DNA from: Myxococcota bacterium
GTDB taxonomy: Bacteria; Myxococcota_A; UBA796; GCA-2862545
Length of the DNA: 11,308 nt
Direction: 5' to 3'
Assembly: GCA_039208735.1 (NCBI GenBank)
Contig: JBCCQY010000230.1
Coordinates: 1-11,308, forward strand
The translations under genes were made by a program, and so were the position numbers. Shown here in pieces: positions 1 through 8,015 of this stretch (its first letter is position 1; every line of letters starts with the position of its first letter). The notes below the pieces were generated by a model. It searched no databases. It was not told the DNA's origin and worked only from the letters and a program-made list of their open reading frames with translations.

Positions 1-2794
1 GCTTGGACTGGCTAGGGGTTGCGCCCTTCGCATCGATGAACATCGCGAGGGTCTGGCCCTTCTTCGAATGGGCGTTGACAAACGCGTCGGCCAGCTCGTC
101 ACGGGTGATCGTGGCGACCTCGGCGGCGACACGCTCATCCCAATCGAACGCCCCCTCGAGTTCGAGCCCTTCATAGCGAACGGTCTGCAGCCGCTCGCCG
201 ATGTCGGCCTCTTCCTGCTTCAGGGTGTCGGTCACGGCTTGCTTAAGCTTGGCGAACGCATCGTCGTCGAGGTTGCGCAGTTCTGGCAGGGCCTTGTCGA
301 GGAAGGTCGTAGCGCGGTCTGCGAGGGTTTCAGCGTTGTATTGGCCCGATTGGAGGTAGAACGTCATGCCTACGCCGGACCGCGTCAATGTTGGGGTCGA
401 GCCCACGATGTAGCCGAGCTGTTGGCGAGTGCGAAGCTCCGAAAAGAAGGGAGCGGCCAGGTAGTTCGCGCCCAATCGCAGGAGGGCCTCGGTGCGGGGA
501 GCCCGCTCGCCAAACTGCAAATGGTAGATCCAAGCGTGGTTATCGGTGCCGTTTTCGAGCACCAACGTGGTTTCGCCTTTCGGAAGCTGAAGGGTGTAGC
601 CGTTGGGCGCAGGCCGCTCGTCGGCGGGCAGGGGTTTGGTTTCGAGCGCGGTCAGGAAGGCGTCGATGCTGGACTCGAGTGCGCTGGGTTCGAGGTTGCC
701 GTAGGCCGCTCCCTCGACGGCGGCGCGGTCGTAGACCGTTTCGGCAAAGGCCTTGATGTCTTCCAAGGTGATTTCGGAAACCAGGTCCTGGTAGTCATCC
801 CGGTGGATCGCCGCGGGGTCCAACAGCACGTTCATGTCGTAGAAACCTTGGCGAACGGCCAAGTCGAGTTCGTTGTTGGCGTACTCCCGCGCGAGTTCGT
901 CCTTAAGGATGGCGAACGTCGTTTCGTCGATCACCACGTCTTTGAGCTTCGAACCGGCTTCAGCCAACAGCGTGGGAATGCGCTGGGCGTAACCCGTGGC
1001 CGTAAGCTGGATGCCCCGGCGACGGCTGCTAAGTCCCAGTCCGAGGCCGGCTTCACGCACCAAGTAGGCCCACTCGTTGAGGCCTTCTTGAATCGCTCGC
1101 ACATACAATTCGGCGATCAGTCGATTGCGCGGCGAGGCATTCACGGTGGGGGTGACCAGCGTGAGGAGCACTTGCGCGCGCGGCAGTTTGAAGCGTCGGT
1201 CCTGCTCGAACCACACGGCCCCGCGGTCGTCGTCAATCAGCAAGTAGGGACCTTGCTTCGGGTCGTTTTCTAGGAGGGACACGTCGCTGGGCAGAAACGG
1301 GTTTTCCGGGGGGAGGTGCATGCCGTCCACCGGCGTGGTCTTGTTCCAACGGGCGACCGTGGCATCGGGCCACGGCTGGACCGAATAGGCCGCTCCGTAG
1401 AAGGGTTCGACCTTGTCCGTCTTGACGTCGGGCGACACCAGCAGCGTCCGCATGTTGTCGGGCCGCAGCAGGTCGACGAGCGTGGCAAACTCTTTGGGGT
1501 CGTACGTGGAAATCGTATGGATTCTGCGTTCGACCTCAAGCGCGGGGTAGTGCCGGATCCAGCTCGAGAGATACGACGCGCCGTCGCCTCCTTTCGGATG
1601 GTCACGGAAGTAGTAGTCGAGGTCGCCAATGATTTGCTGTTCGCGGAAGTAGCGTTCGGAAAGCCCTTCTTCTCGAAGCAGGGCGAGGTAGCCAAACACC
1701 AATTCGATGACGCGCTCGACGTCCGCACGGCCGGCTTCCGTCAGCTCCATCGAAATCTCGAAGATGCCCCGGTAGCTCTCGCTCGACTGGCCGGCGCCAA
1801 GGGCGTTGGCGAGTCCCTCACGCTTGAGCGCCGACAGCAATGAACCCTCTCCCTCATGGCCGATCAGCGAGCCCAGGATTCGGCCCGGGTGGGTCGCCCA
1901 GCGGTCGATGGTGGAGGGGACGGAGAACTGAATCCGCAGGGCGCGACGGTCTCCGACGGGCACCAGCTCGATGCGTTGCGGCAGTTCGTCGGGAAAGATG
2001 TCGCTCGAGTAGCTGGGGGTGGTCAGTTCGCGATTTTCAATCGGTGAGAACTTGTCACGAGCCCATGTCTCGAGCTGATCGAGCGGTGCGTTGCTCATCA
2101 ACACCAGGTTCATCAGGTTGGCCGAGTAGGTGCGTTCATAGAACGCCACCATGTCGTCGCGTGTAAGTCCGGCGAGGGTCTCTGCGTTGCCCGTAGAGAA
2201 CTTCTGGCGAGCGTGGCCGTCGCGATGCAAGACGCGCAGCACCTGCATGGAACGCCAAGCATCGTTCTGCAGGTTCTTTGCGTGTTCAGACTCCACCGCG
2301 TTCATCTCCCGCTCGACGAATTCGGCGGTAAACAAGGGCGCGATGAAGAACTGAGCGAACCGGTCGATGGCGCCTTCGTAGGCTTCGTGGTTGACCTCGA
2401 GAAAGTAGTTGGTGTGCTCGGAGGAGGTGTAGGCGTTGGCGTACCCGCCGTTGCCCCGGAGGTAGGCCCCATACTCTGATTCGTCGGGGTACTTCTCGGT
2501 GCCAAGGAACAGCATGTGCTCGAGAAAGTGCGCCATTCCAAGGTGATCAACCGGATCTTCGAGCGACCCCGCTTTAACGACCAGCGCAGCTGACGATTCC
2601 TGCAGGTTTGCATCCGAGACGAGCAAGACCTCCAGGCCGTTGTCGAGCGTCAGCGCTCGCTGTTGGCGAACGTCCCCGGGCCGCCGTTGGTCAAGGTCGA
2701 CGATCGAACTCGGGACGGCCTCGGTCGTGGGCGCTCCACGCCCTGCACACCCTGCGAGCAAGAGCCAAATCAATGATTGGGCCCACCGTTGCAT
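1..2794 (-). CDS. M16A zinc metallopeptidase (pitrilysin/insulin-degrading enzyme family), predicted lipoprotein; 3' end outside window
   Basis: Not in the ORF track; absence of any in-frame minus ORF there implies no stop inside the window. Segments translated by hand from ATG 2794: MQRWAQSLIWLLLAGC...TLDNGLEVLLVSD...GSLEDPVDHLGMAHFLEHMLFLGTEKYP (inverted zincin HXXEH at 2516-2530), EREMNAVESEH (distal Glu ligand), LIGHEGEGSLLS, and ELRTRQQLGYIV (about 404-439), all M16A hallmarks and in frame. AGGAGG at 2799-2804. At least 931 codons. Confidence 0.95.
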   Translation of the reverse strand, partial: MQRWAQSLIWLLLAGCAGRGAPTTEAVPSSIVDLDQRRPGDVRQQRALTLDNGLEVLLVSDANLQESSAALVVKAGSLEDPVDHLGMAHFLEHMLFLGTEKYPDESEYGAYLRGNGGYANAYTSSEHTNYFLEVNHEAYEGAIDRFAQFFIAPLFTAEFVEREMNAVESEHAKNLQNDAWRSMQVLRVLHRDGHARQKFSTGNAETLAGLTRDDMVAFYERTYSANLMNLVLMSNAPLDQLETWARDKFSPIENRELTTPSYSSDIFPDELPQRIELVPVGDRRALRIQFSVPSTIDRWATHPGRILGSLIGHEGEGSLLSALKREGLANALGAGQSSESYRGIFEISMELTEAGRADVERVIELVFGYLALLREEGLSERYFREQQIIGDLDYYFRDHPKGGDGASYLSSWIRHYPALEVERRIHTISTYDPKEFATLVDLLRPDNMRTLLVSPDVKTDKVEPFYGAAYSVQPWPDATVARWNKTTPVDGMHLPPENPFLPSDVSLLENDPKQGPYLLIDDDRGAVWFEQDRRFKLPRAQVLLTLVTPTVNASPRNRLIAELYVRAIQEGLNEWAYLVREAGLGLGLSSRRRGIQLTATGYAQRIPTLLAEAGSKLKDVVIDETTFAILKDELAREYANNELDLAVRQGFYDMNVLLDPAAIHRDDYQDLVSEITLEDIKAFAETVYDRAAVEGAAYGNLEPSALESSIDAFLTALETKPLPADERPAPNGYTLQLPKGETTLVLENGTDNHAWIYHLQFGERAPRTEALLRLGANYLAAPFFSELRTRQQLGYIVGSTPTLTRSGVGMTFYLQSGQYNAETLADRATTFLDKALPELRNLDDDAFAKLKQAVTDTLKQEEADIGERLQTVRYEGLELEGAFDWDERVAAEVATITRDELADAFVNAHSKKGQTLAMFIDAKGATPSQSK

Positions 2795-2798
2795 TGCA

Positions 2799-2804
2799 CC
2801 TCCT
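2799..2804 (-). promoter_or_regulatory. Shine-Dalgarno sequence (AGGAGG) of the M16A peptidase gene
   Basis: Minus strand reads AGGAGGTGCAATG; the spacing to ATG 2794 is short (4 nt). Confidence 0.7.
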
Positions 2805-2868
2805 AAAGGGTCTGACGATGGCCGACGGGCCCTGGTTCCGTCAAGACGTCATGCGAGGCGAAGGGCGC

Positions 2869-2874
2869 TACACT
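2869..2874 (+). promoter_or_regulatory. Putative -10 element (TACACT) for a leaderless SDR transcript
   Basis: TAnnnT hexamer 7 nt before ATG 2882; no SD between them; no clear -35. Confidence 0.4.
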
Positions 2875-2881
2875 GCCGCCC

Positions 2882-3730
2882 ATGTCGGATGTTCGAACCG
2901 CGGTCGTGACGGGAGCCAACGCAGGCGTCGGGCTCGAAGTTGCACGAGGGCTCGTCGCGCGAGGGGCCCAGGTGATGGTGTGGTGTCGCGATGCGCGCCG
3001 TGGAGCGGCTACCGCCACCGAGCTGAGCGCGCAAGGGCCAGGGACGGCCGAGTTGATCGTGGCCGACCTTGAAGACCCCGATGCCATTCGCGCAGGCGTC
3101 CAACGGGTCTTCGCTTCATTTGGCCACCTCGACTTGCTCGTCAACAACGCAGCCCTGTACGACCCAAGGCGTCGCGTGACCGTCGATGGGTTGGAGCGAA
3201 CCTTTGCGGTGAATGTGCTTGGAGGCTTCCGGCTGGTTCACCACCTGCGCCCGTTGTTGCAAAAGGCTCCTGCCGCCCGCATCATCGCGCTGTCTTCTCG
3301 TAGCCACGCCGAGGGACGCATCGTGTTCGACGACCTACTGAAGTCGAAGCGGTACCGTGCCTACCGTCAGTACGCCGACAGCAAGCTCGCGGTCATGTTG
3401 CTCACTCGCGAGCTGGGCCGGCGCTTGCAGGGCTCTGGCATGGTGACCATGTGCGTGCACCCGGGCGTCGTGGGCAGCGAGTTCGCCCAGGATGAGCCCA
3501 GCGTCTTGCGCATGTTGTTTCGCTTCGCCCGGCCGTGGATGCGCACGCCCAAGAAAGGGGCGGACACGGTGCTGTGGCTGGCCGACCATCCCGATCCATC
3601 GGGGTTTCAAGGGGCTTACCTTGCGGACCGAAAGCTCCGCCGCCCGACGGCCCAGGGGCAGGACGATGCGGTGGCCGCTGAGCTTTGGCGAAGGTGCACG
3701 GAGCTGGCGGGCGACCTCCCTCCGTGGTGA
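2882..3730 (+). CDS. Classical SDR family NAD(P)-dependent oxidoreductase (retinol dehydrogenase/WWOX-like subgroup), 282 aa
   Basis: TGANAGVG Rossmann motif, LVNNAA, DGLERTFAVN, catalytic Ser region LSSRSH, YADSK (YxxxK), VHPGVV, GADTVLWLA. Confidence 0.93.
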   Translation: MSDVRTAVVTGANAGVGLEVARGLVARGAQVMVWCRDARRGAATATELSAQGPGTAELIVADLEDPDAIRAGVQRVFASFGHLDLLVNNAALYDPRRRVTVDGLERTFAVNVLGGFRLVHHLRPLLQKAPAARIIALSSRSHAEGRIVFDDLLKSKRYRAYRQYADSKLAVMLLTRELGRRLQGSGMVTMCVHPGVVGSEFAQDEPSVLRMLFRFARPWMRTPKKGADTVLWLADHPDPSGFQGAYLADRKLRRPTAQGQDDAVAAELWRRCTELAGDLPPW

Positions 3731-3737
3731 GCCGGGA

Positions 3738-4922
3738 CTACGCGACGGAGGGTGGGTAGGCGTTTGCCATCGTCGCGGCATCCAACCCGAAGTCGGCCGC
3801 CTCGTAGACGTGTTGGCCGTACTTGTGGCGAACCGTTCGGTCGAGCTGTTCGGTGACCGCGGCGTGTGCGTCGTCGTCATAGGTGCCGCCGGCGAACGTC
3901 ACGATCTCGGCGATGCACGCGTGCGGATTTGCGATGAGGTCGTGGTAGTCGACATCGAGAATGGGCCAGTGCGGGTGATCTTCCCGGAAGGCTTGTGCAC
4001 GCCGCACCATGCGGACCGTCTTGCGTAGCCAGTGGGCTCCGATCTCGTGGGGATCGACCTGGTCGCTGCACATGCCGAAGGCGTGGGCCACCATGCTGCA
4101 GAAGCTCGGCAGGGTGGCCTCGGGTTCGCGGTGGGTCCACACGAGCCGGGCGGTGGGGAGGGCGGTGGTGAGGTCCGGCAGCCACTCGAGGTGGTGGGGG
4201 GTCTTCAGCACCCAGCGCAAGGCGGGGTCGGGTTCGAGGTGCGCCAGGATTCTTCGCATCCACGCATAGGCAGGGGATTGGTCTTGGTCTTCGAGCCAGG
4301 CCGCAAAGGTTGGCACCCGCATGGTGCCCTCGAAGCTTGTCGTCAGGCCCACCTGTTCGAAGAGCACGACCTCTTCCTCGGGCTGGTCTGGCTCGATGGG
4401 GTGAGCGGCCACGAAGTCGGGGGCAAGGTAGCGGACCGCGCCCGCCGCGCGGTGGGCGAAGCGCTGGCGTGCGCGTGGAGTTCGTTCTCCGGGCCACGGG
4501 GCTGGATTGAGGGCCTCCCACGACGTGAGGCCGCGATAGCCCGGCACGGCGGCAAGAAGACGCTGGAGCAACGTGGTCCCCGTGCGTTGCAGTCCGACGA
4601 TCACGATGGGGGGAGGGGCTCCCGCACGCGAGGGTGGCTCGCCCAACGCTTCGAGGTTCTTGCGCGCTCGTAAGGCTCCGACGATGCGAGACTGCGTAAT
4701 CATGCGGCCTAATGGCGAGAGTCGGGCCTCGTCGTGAATGCTCTGGGCGAGCACGTCGAACGGCTCGCGGTCCCAATGCGACGGCGCCCCCGCCGCCCGA
4801 AACCAGGCCTTGGCGTCGATGGCGGGTTGCGTCCATGTCCCCAGCGCCCGCCAGCCGGCGTTCAGCAGGCGGAGTGGCAAGGGGCGACGGGGGCGGTTGT
4901 AGCGACGTGAGGTGGTCCTCAA
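3738..4922 (-). CDS. PAPS-dependent sulfotransferase (Sulfotransfer_3 / mycobacterial Stf-like), about 394 aa
   Basis: 5'-PSB loop PIVIVGLQRTGTTLLQRLL, WVLKTPHHL, 3'-PB-like LVWTHREPEATLPSFCSM, YHDLIANP. Start reassigned from 4991 to the in-frame TTG at 4922, which overlaps the upstream TGA (TTGA); the start is inferred. Confidence 0.9.
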   Translation of the reverse strand: MRTTSRRYNRPRRPLPLRLLNAGWRALGTWTQPAIDAKAWFRAAGAPSHWDREPFDVLAQSIHDEARLSPLGRMITQSRIVGALRARKNLEALGEPPSRAGAPPPIVIVGLQRTGTTLLQRLLAAVPGYRGLTSWEALNPAPWPGERTPRARQRFAHRAAGAVRYLAPDFVAAHPIEPDQPEEEVVLFEQVGLTTSFEGTMRVPTFAAWLEDQDQSPAYAWMRRILAHLEPDPALRWVLKTPHHLEWLPDLTTALPTARLVWTHREPEATLPSFCSMVAHAFGMCSDQVDPHEIGAHWLRKTVRMVRRAQAFREDHPHWPILDVDYHDLIANPHACIAEIVTFAGGTYDDDAHAAVTEQLDRTVRHKYGQHVYEAADFGLDAATMANAYPPSVA

Positions 4923-6034
4923 GCGCGAAGCTCCGCCAGCTTTACGACCCGGCATGTAGGCGTCGGCGGATCCCCTTCCGGCCGGACCCATCGGAACCCC
5001 ATCGCGCCGAAACGGTGGTTCTGGGTGTACAGCCAGTTGGGCTGGCCCGGGTCTTCATGCGCGACCACCAGGCGAATCCGGCCGTCCGCTTGCACGCTGG
5101 CGATCTTGCTGTTGGTGTGGATGCGATCGTAGCGGTAATCCAGGCTTTCCATGAAATGGTTGGAAAGCTGGAAGTTCCAGTGGTCACACGGAAAGGGGTC
5201 GCTCTCGATGACCAGCGCCTCGTCGTCGGCGAGCCGCCAGTAGCTGTGATGGTAAACGATGTCGGCGACGCCGCCCATTTGGTTGGACAAGGCCTGATCG
5301 AAGCGTGGCAGAGCGTTGACGTGGGTGAGGAAGCCGTCCACCCAATCCGAAAAGATGCGGGACGCTCCGGCGACCAACATGGCCGACCGCCGCAGGCCTT
5401 CATCGATGGCGGGGGCTGTGATCGGCGTGGGCCGTCCGTCTCCGCCGATGCGCGCCAGCGTTAGCTCGGGCAGGACCTCCGTGGCCGGGTCAAGCCTGGA
5501 CTGCCGCACGATGAGTGTGCCCGTCTCGGGCTCCATTGGCAGCCAGTCTACGCCGTCACCGGGACGTTCGACGGACAGCATCACCTCAAAGCGCCCGTCC
5601 TCGTCGAGCGTCAGGTCCTTGGCGTCGAGGCGTCCCGTGGGGGGCATGCCGCGACCTTCACCATATTGGCCCTTCTGCGTTGCGAATTCCATCCAGTGCA
5701 CGCTGCCCCGGGTCCCCGACAATCGGTAGGTGTAGGCGCCCGAAACGGCGGCGTTGAAGTAGATATTGTCGGGGTTGTCGTTGCCGATCTTGGCCGTCTC
5801 GTGGACCACCCGTTGAAGCACCGGCGCTTTGGGGTCCGCGTGTTCGACGAAGGTCTGGAGCGCGGCTCGGGTGAGGCGCGAGAGGTAGCGCATGCCCTCG
5901 GCGCGCGTCTGGGGGTCCTCAGGGGCGCGCTCGAGCACGCTGCCCGCCATCTTGAGCAAATCGCAGAACTCGGCCCAAGACTGGCCGCTCATCACGCGGC
6001 GGGTGGCCTCTTCGGGGTCGGGCGCGCCGAACAT
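4919..6034 (-). CDS. DUF1214 domain-containing protein (Rv3531c-like), about 371 aa
   Basis: Motifs EGMRYLSR, KIGNDNPDNIY, YRLSGTRG, DGRFEV, WRLADDEALVI, WNFQL..ESLDY, DGRIRLVVAHEDPGQPNWL, GAMGFRW match, from recall, the DUF1214 family found beside sulfotransferases. Start ATG 6034 has SD GAGGAG and a TGATG overlap with the upstream SDR stop. Confidence 0.85.
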   Translation of the reverse strand: MFGAPDPEEATRRVMSGQSWAEFCDLLKMAGSVLERAPEDPQTRAEGMRYLSRLTRAALQTFVEHADPKAPVLQRVVHETAKIGNDNPDNIYFNAAVSGAYTYRLSGTRGSVHWMEFATQKGQYGEGRGMPPTGRLDAKDLTLDEDGRFEVMLSVERPGDGVDWLPMEPETGTLIVRQSRLDPATEVLPELTLARIGGDGRPTPITAPAIDEGLRRSAMLVAGASRIFSDWVDGFLTHVNALPRFDQALSNQMGGVADIVYHHSYWRLADDEALVIESDPFPCDHWNFQLSNHFMESLDYRYDRIHTNSKIASVQADGRIRLVVAHEDPGQPNWLYTQNHRFGAMGFRWVRPEGDPPTPTCRVVKLAELRA

Positions 6035-7023
6035 CAGCTCTCCTCGGGCTGCAACATGGATTGAACGCGTCGTTGGGCACTTTCCCACAATGGAGTGCCT
6101 ACGTTGGGGTCACGGACCCCCTCACCGGGAGGTTTCTCGCGCCCGAGGTGGAAATACACGCCGGATTGGTCGTCAAACTCGGGCGATGCGATCACCCAGC
6201 ACACCCAGCTGGCTACCCGGTCGGGGCCCGGAAAGAACGTGCGCATCACCGGTCCGACCAACGGCCGAAGCCACCCCGGGGCCTCTCGGGCGATGTCGGT
6301 CGCGATGGCCCCCGGGCACAGGTGCAGGACGTGAAGGTCGTCGGCCCGTTTGGCAAGGGCCTCGGTCCACGTGTGGAGCAGCCGCTTGCTCTCGCCGTAG
6401 CGCTGGAGCACTTGGGCCGTGCCATACGTCGCCGGGACGTCCCAGTTCTCGAGATCGATGACGGCGTATCGGTGCGCATCACTCCCCACCATCACAAGTC
6501 GCGCTCCGTTGGCGAATCGCCTGCGGGTGCGAAGTCCCTGGACGAGCTGGACGTTGGCTACGAAGTTCACGTGGACCATCACGTCGAGGCCCGCTTGGGT
6601 CGTGCGGGAGGCGGCGGGCACCATGCCGGCGTTGCAGATGACGCGGTCGAACACGAGCCTCTCGTCCACGAGGTGGTCGAGCATCGCCTCGATGCCGGGG
6701 GGATTCGTCAGATCCACCGCCTGCACGATGAGGTCGGCATGGGGGACTGCGGCACGGACCTCCGCGGGGGCTTCCTTGAGCCGGCTTCGACACACCATCA
6801 CCACCCGTGCCCCTCGCGCGGCCAACCGCTTGACGATGGCGAGGCCCAAGCCGCGGGATGCGCCCGTGACGAGGTGGGTCTCGCCGTCGAGTCGGAGGTC
6901 AGCGGGCAGTTCGCGACGCACGGCCGAGAACTGGTCCAACAACCCGGTCAGGGTCGCAGACAAGGGGCTGTCGTGGCGGCGCTCGGAAATCGGGACTCCC
7001 CTGGAGGGAGCCGATGATGCCAC
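6034..7023 (-). CDS. SDR family oxidoreductase with N-terminal extension, about 329 aa
   Basis: TGASRGLG, ICNAG, VGSDAH, YGESK (YxxxK), LCPGAIATDI. Start uncertain: the in-frame GTG at 7023 lies just after the upstream stop at 7031; the track start at 7134 would overlap the hydrolase by about 100 bp. Confidence 0.88.
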   Translation of the reverse strand: MASSAPSRGVPISERRHDSPLSATLTGLLDQFSAVRRELPADLRLDGETHLVTGASRGLGLAIVKRLAARGARVVMVCRSRLKEAPAEVRAAVPHADLIVQAVDLTNPPGIEAMLDHLVDERLVFDRVICNAGMVPAASRTTQAGLDVMVHVNFVANVQLVQGLRTRRRFANGARLVMVGSDAHRYAVIDLENWDVPATYGTAQVLQRYGESKRLLHTWTEALAKRADDLHVLHLCPGAIATDIAREAPGWLRPLVGPVMRTFFPGPDRVASWVCWVIASPEFDDQSGVYFHLGREKPPGEGVRDPNVGTPLWESAQRRVQSMLQPEES

Positions 7024-7030
7024 GGACGAC

Positions 7031-7987
7031 TCAATCCCCCAACATGGCGTTCCACAAGGGGTCGAACACCGCTCCGTCGGGTCCGTCAGGAGGCAGGAAC
7101 GCATCGGCCACCGCGCAGTTGTGGAGCCGCGCATTGCCTTCGCCCGTGCAGTCGTCGCGCTCGATCACGAAGCGGTGGCCCGTGAGCGGGCTCGGAAGTG
7201 GATCTCCCAGTGCAAGGGAGCCACTGGGCACGCCCAGCTGATCCCAGGATCGTTGGATGGCCCCCGCTCCAAACTCTTCGATGTGAACCACCGCATACAG
7301 CCGGCGGGGGTCGGTGGCCAAGGGTTCGGAGGTCCACATGGCGGCTTCGGTGGCATCGAACAGCAACGCCCGAGCGACCGGATGCAGACGAGCGGTGAAT
7401 GCGGCGTGGCCTCCACCCTGGGAGTGACCGGCCGTAACCACCTGGGGGAAGCGGATGCCGTCGGCGTTGTTGGCATCGAGGAATTGGGCCCAGTCAGGGT
7501 CGGTGGTTTCTGCGAGCCACGCGAGGAGGCCCCTGAGTCGTGCGTAGGCAGCGTTCTCCTTGTCCACCTCGGGCGGTGAATACGCCGAGGCGACGCCGCG
7601 CAGCACTTCGAGACGGGCATCGCGGGGGCACGATTCGTCGTCCGGGTACGGCCGGCAGATGTCGAAGTTGACGGAATCTCGGTTGTCGTAGGAAAGGCCG
7701 ACGACAAAGAAGCCCCGTTCCGTAGCGTGGGTGAGAAACCGCAGGTAGTCGCCGGCCGTGGCTCCTGTGCCCGGAAAGAACAGCAGGAGCTGGTCCCGTC
7801 GATGGGCAGACCCCGGGATCCCCACCACGTGAGGACCGTTGTGGGCCACGACGGCGGGTGCAACGAGCGCAGGGTCCACCGTGATCATCGACGCTTCGAC
7901 GACAGGAGCGGTTGGGTCCATGACGGGGCCGGAGTCGATCCCTTCGTTTCCGGCCGTACAGGCCCCGATGGCCAAGAACAGGTGCAT
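7031..7987 (-). CDS. Secreted/lipoprotein alpha/beta-hydrolase (esterase/lipase-like; possibly BPSS1187-like family), about 318 aa
   Basis: Oxyanion-type strand LLLFFPGTG, VVGLSY, nucleophile elbow GHSQGGG, C-terminal His candidate RLHN, two Cys pairs. Start ATG 7987 with SD GGAGGA at 7994-7999; N-terminus MHLFLAIGAC ends in a lipobox-like Cys. Confidence 0.8.
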   Translation of the reverse strand: MHLFLAIGACTAGNEGIDSGPVMDPTAPVVEASMITVDPALVAPAVVAHNGPHVVGIPGSAHRRDQLLLFFPGTGATAGDYLRFLTHATERGFFVVGLSYDNRDSVNFDICRPYPDDESCPRDARLEVLRGVASAYSPPEVDKENAAYARLRGLLAWLAETTDPDWAQFLDANNADGIRFPQVVTAGHSQGGGHAAFTARLHPVARALLFDATEAAMWTSEPLATDPRRLYAVVHIEEFGAGAIQRSWDQLGVPSGSLALGDPLPSPLTGHRFVIERDDCTGEGNARLHNCAVADAFLPPDGPDGAVFDPLWNAMLGD

Positions 7988-8015
7988 GGCAGGTCCTCCA
8001 GGTCCCTCGAACGTT

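Noticed and set aside
68..2479. Plus-strand ORFs 68-1273, 1316-1843, 1856-2047 and 2213-2479
   Set aside because: Codon-aligned antisense shadows of the M16A peptidase gene; no recognisable motifs.
3877..5464. Alternative-frame ORFs 3877-4836 (-), 4032-4673 (+) and 4712-5464 (+)
   Set aside because: Arg/Pro-rich off-frame or antisense translations overlapping the sulfotransferase and DUF1214 genes.
6061..7579. Long plus-strand ORFs 6061-7017 and 6419-7579
   Set aside because: Antisense to the well-supported SDR and hydrolase genes; long shadow ORFs are expected at high GC.
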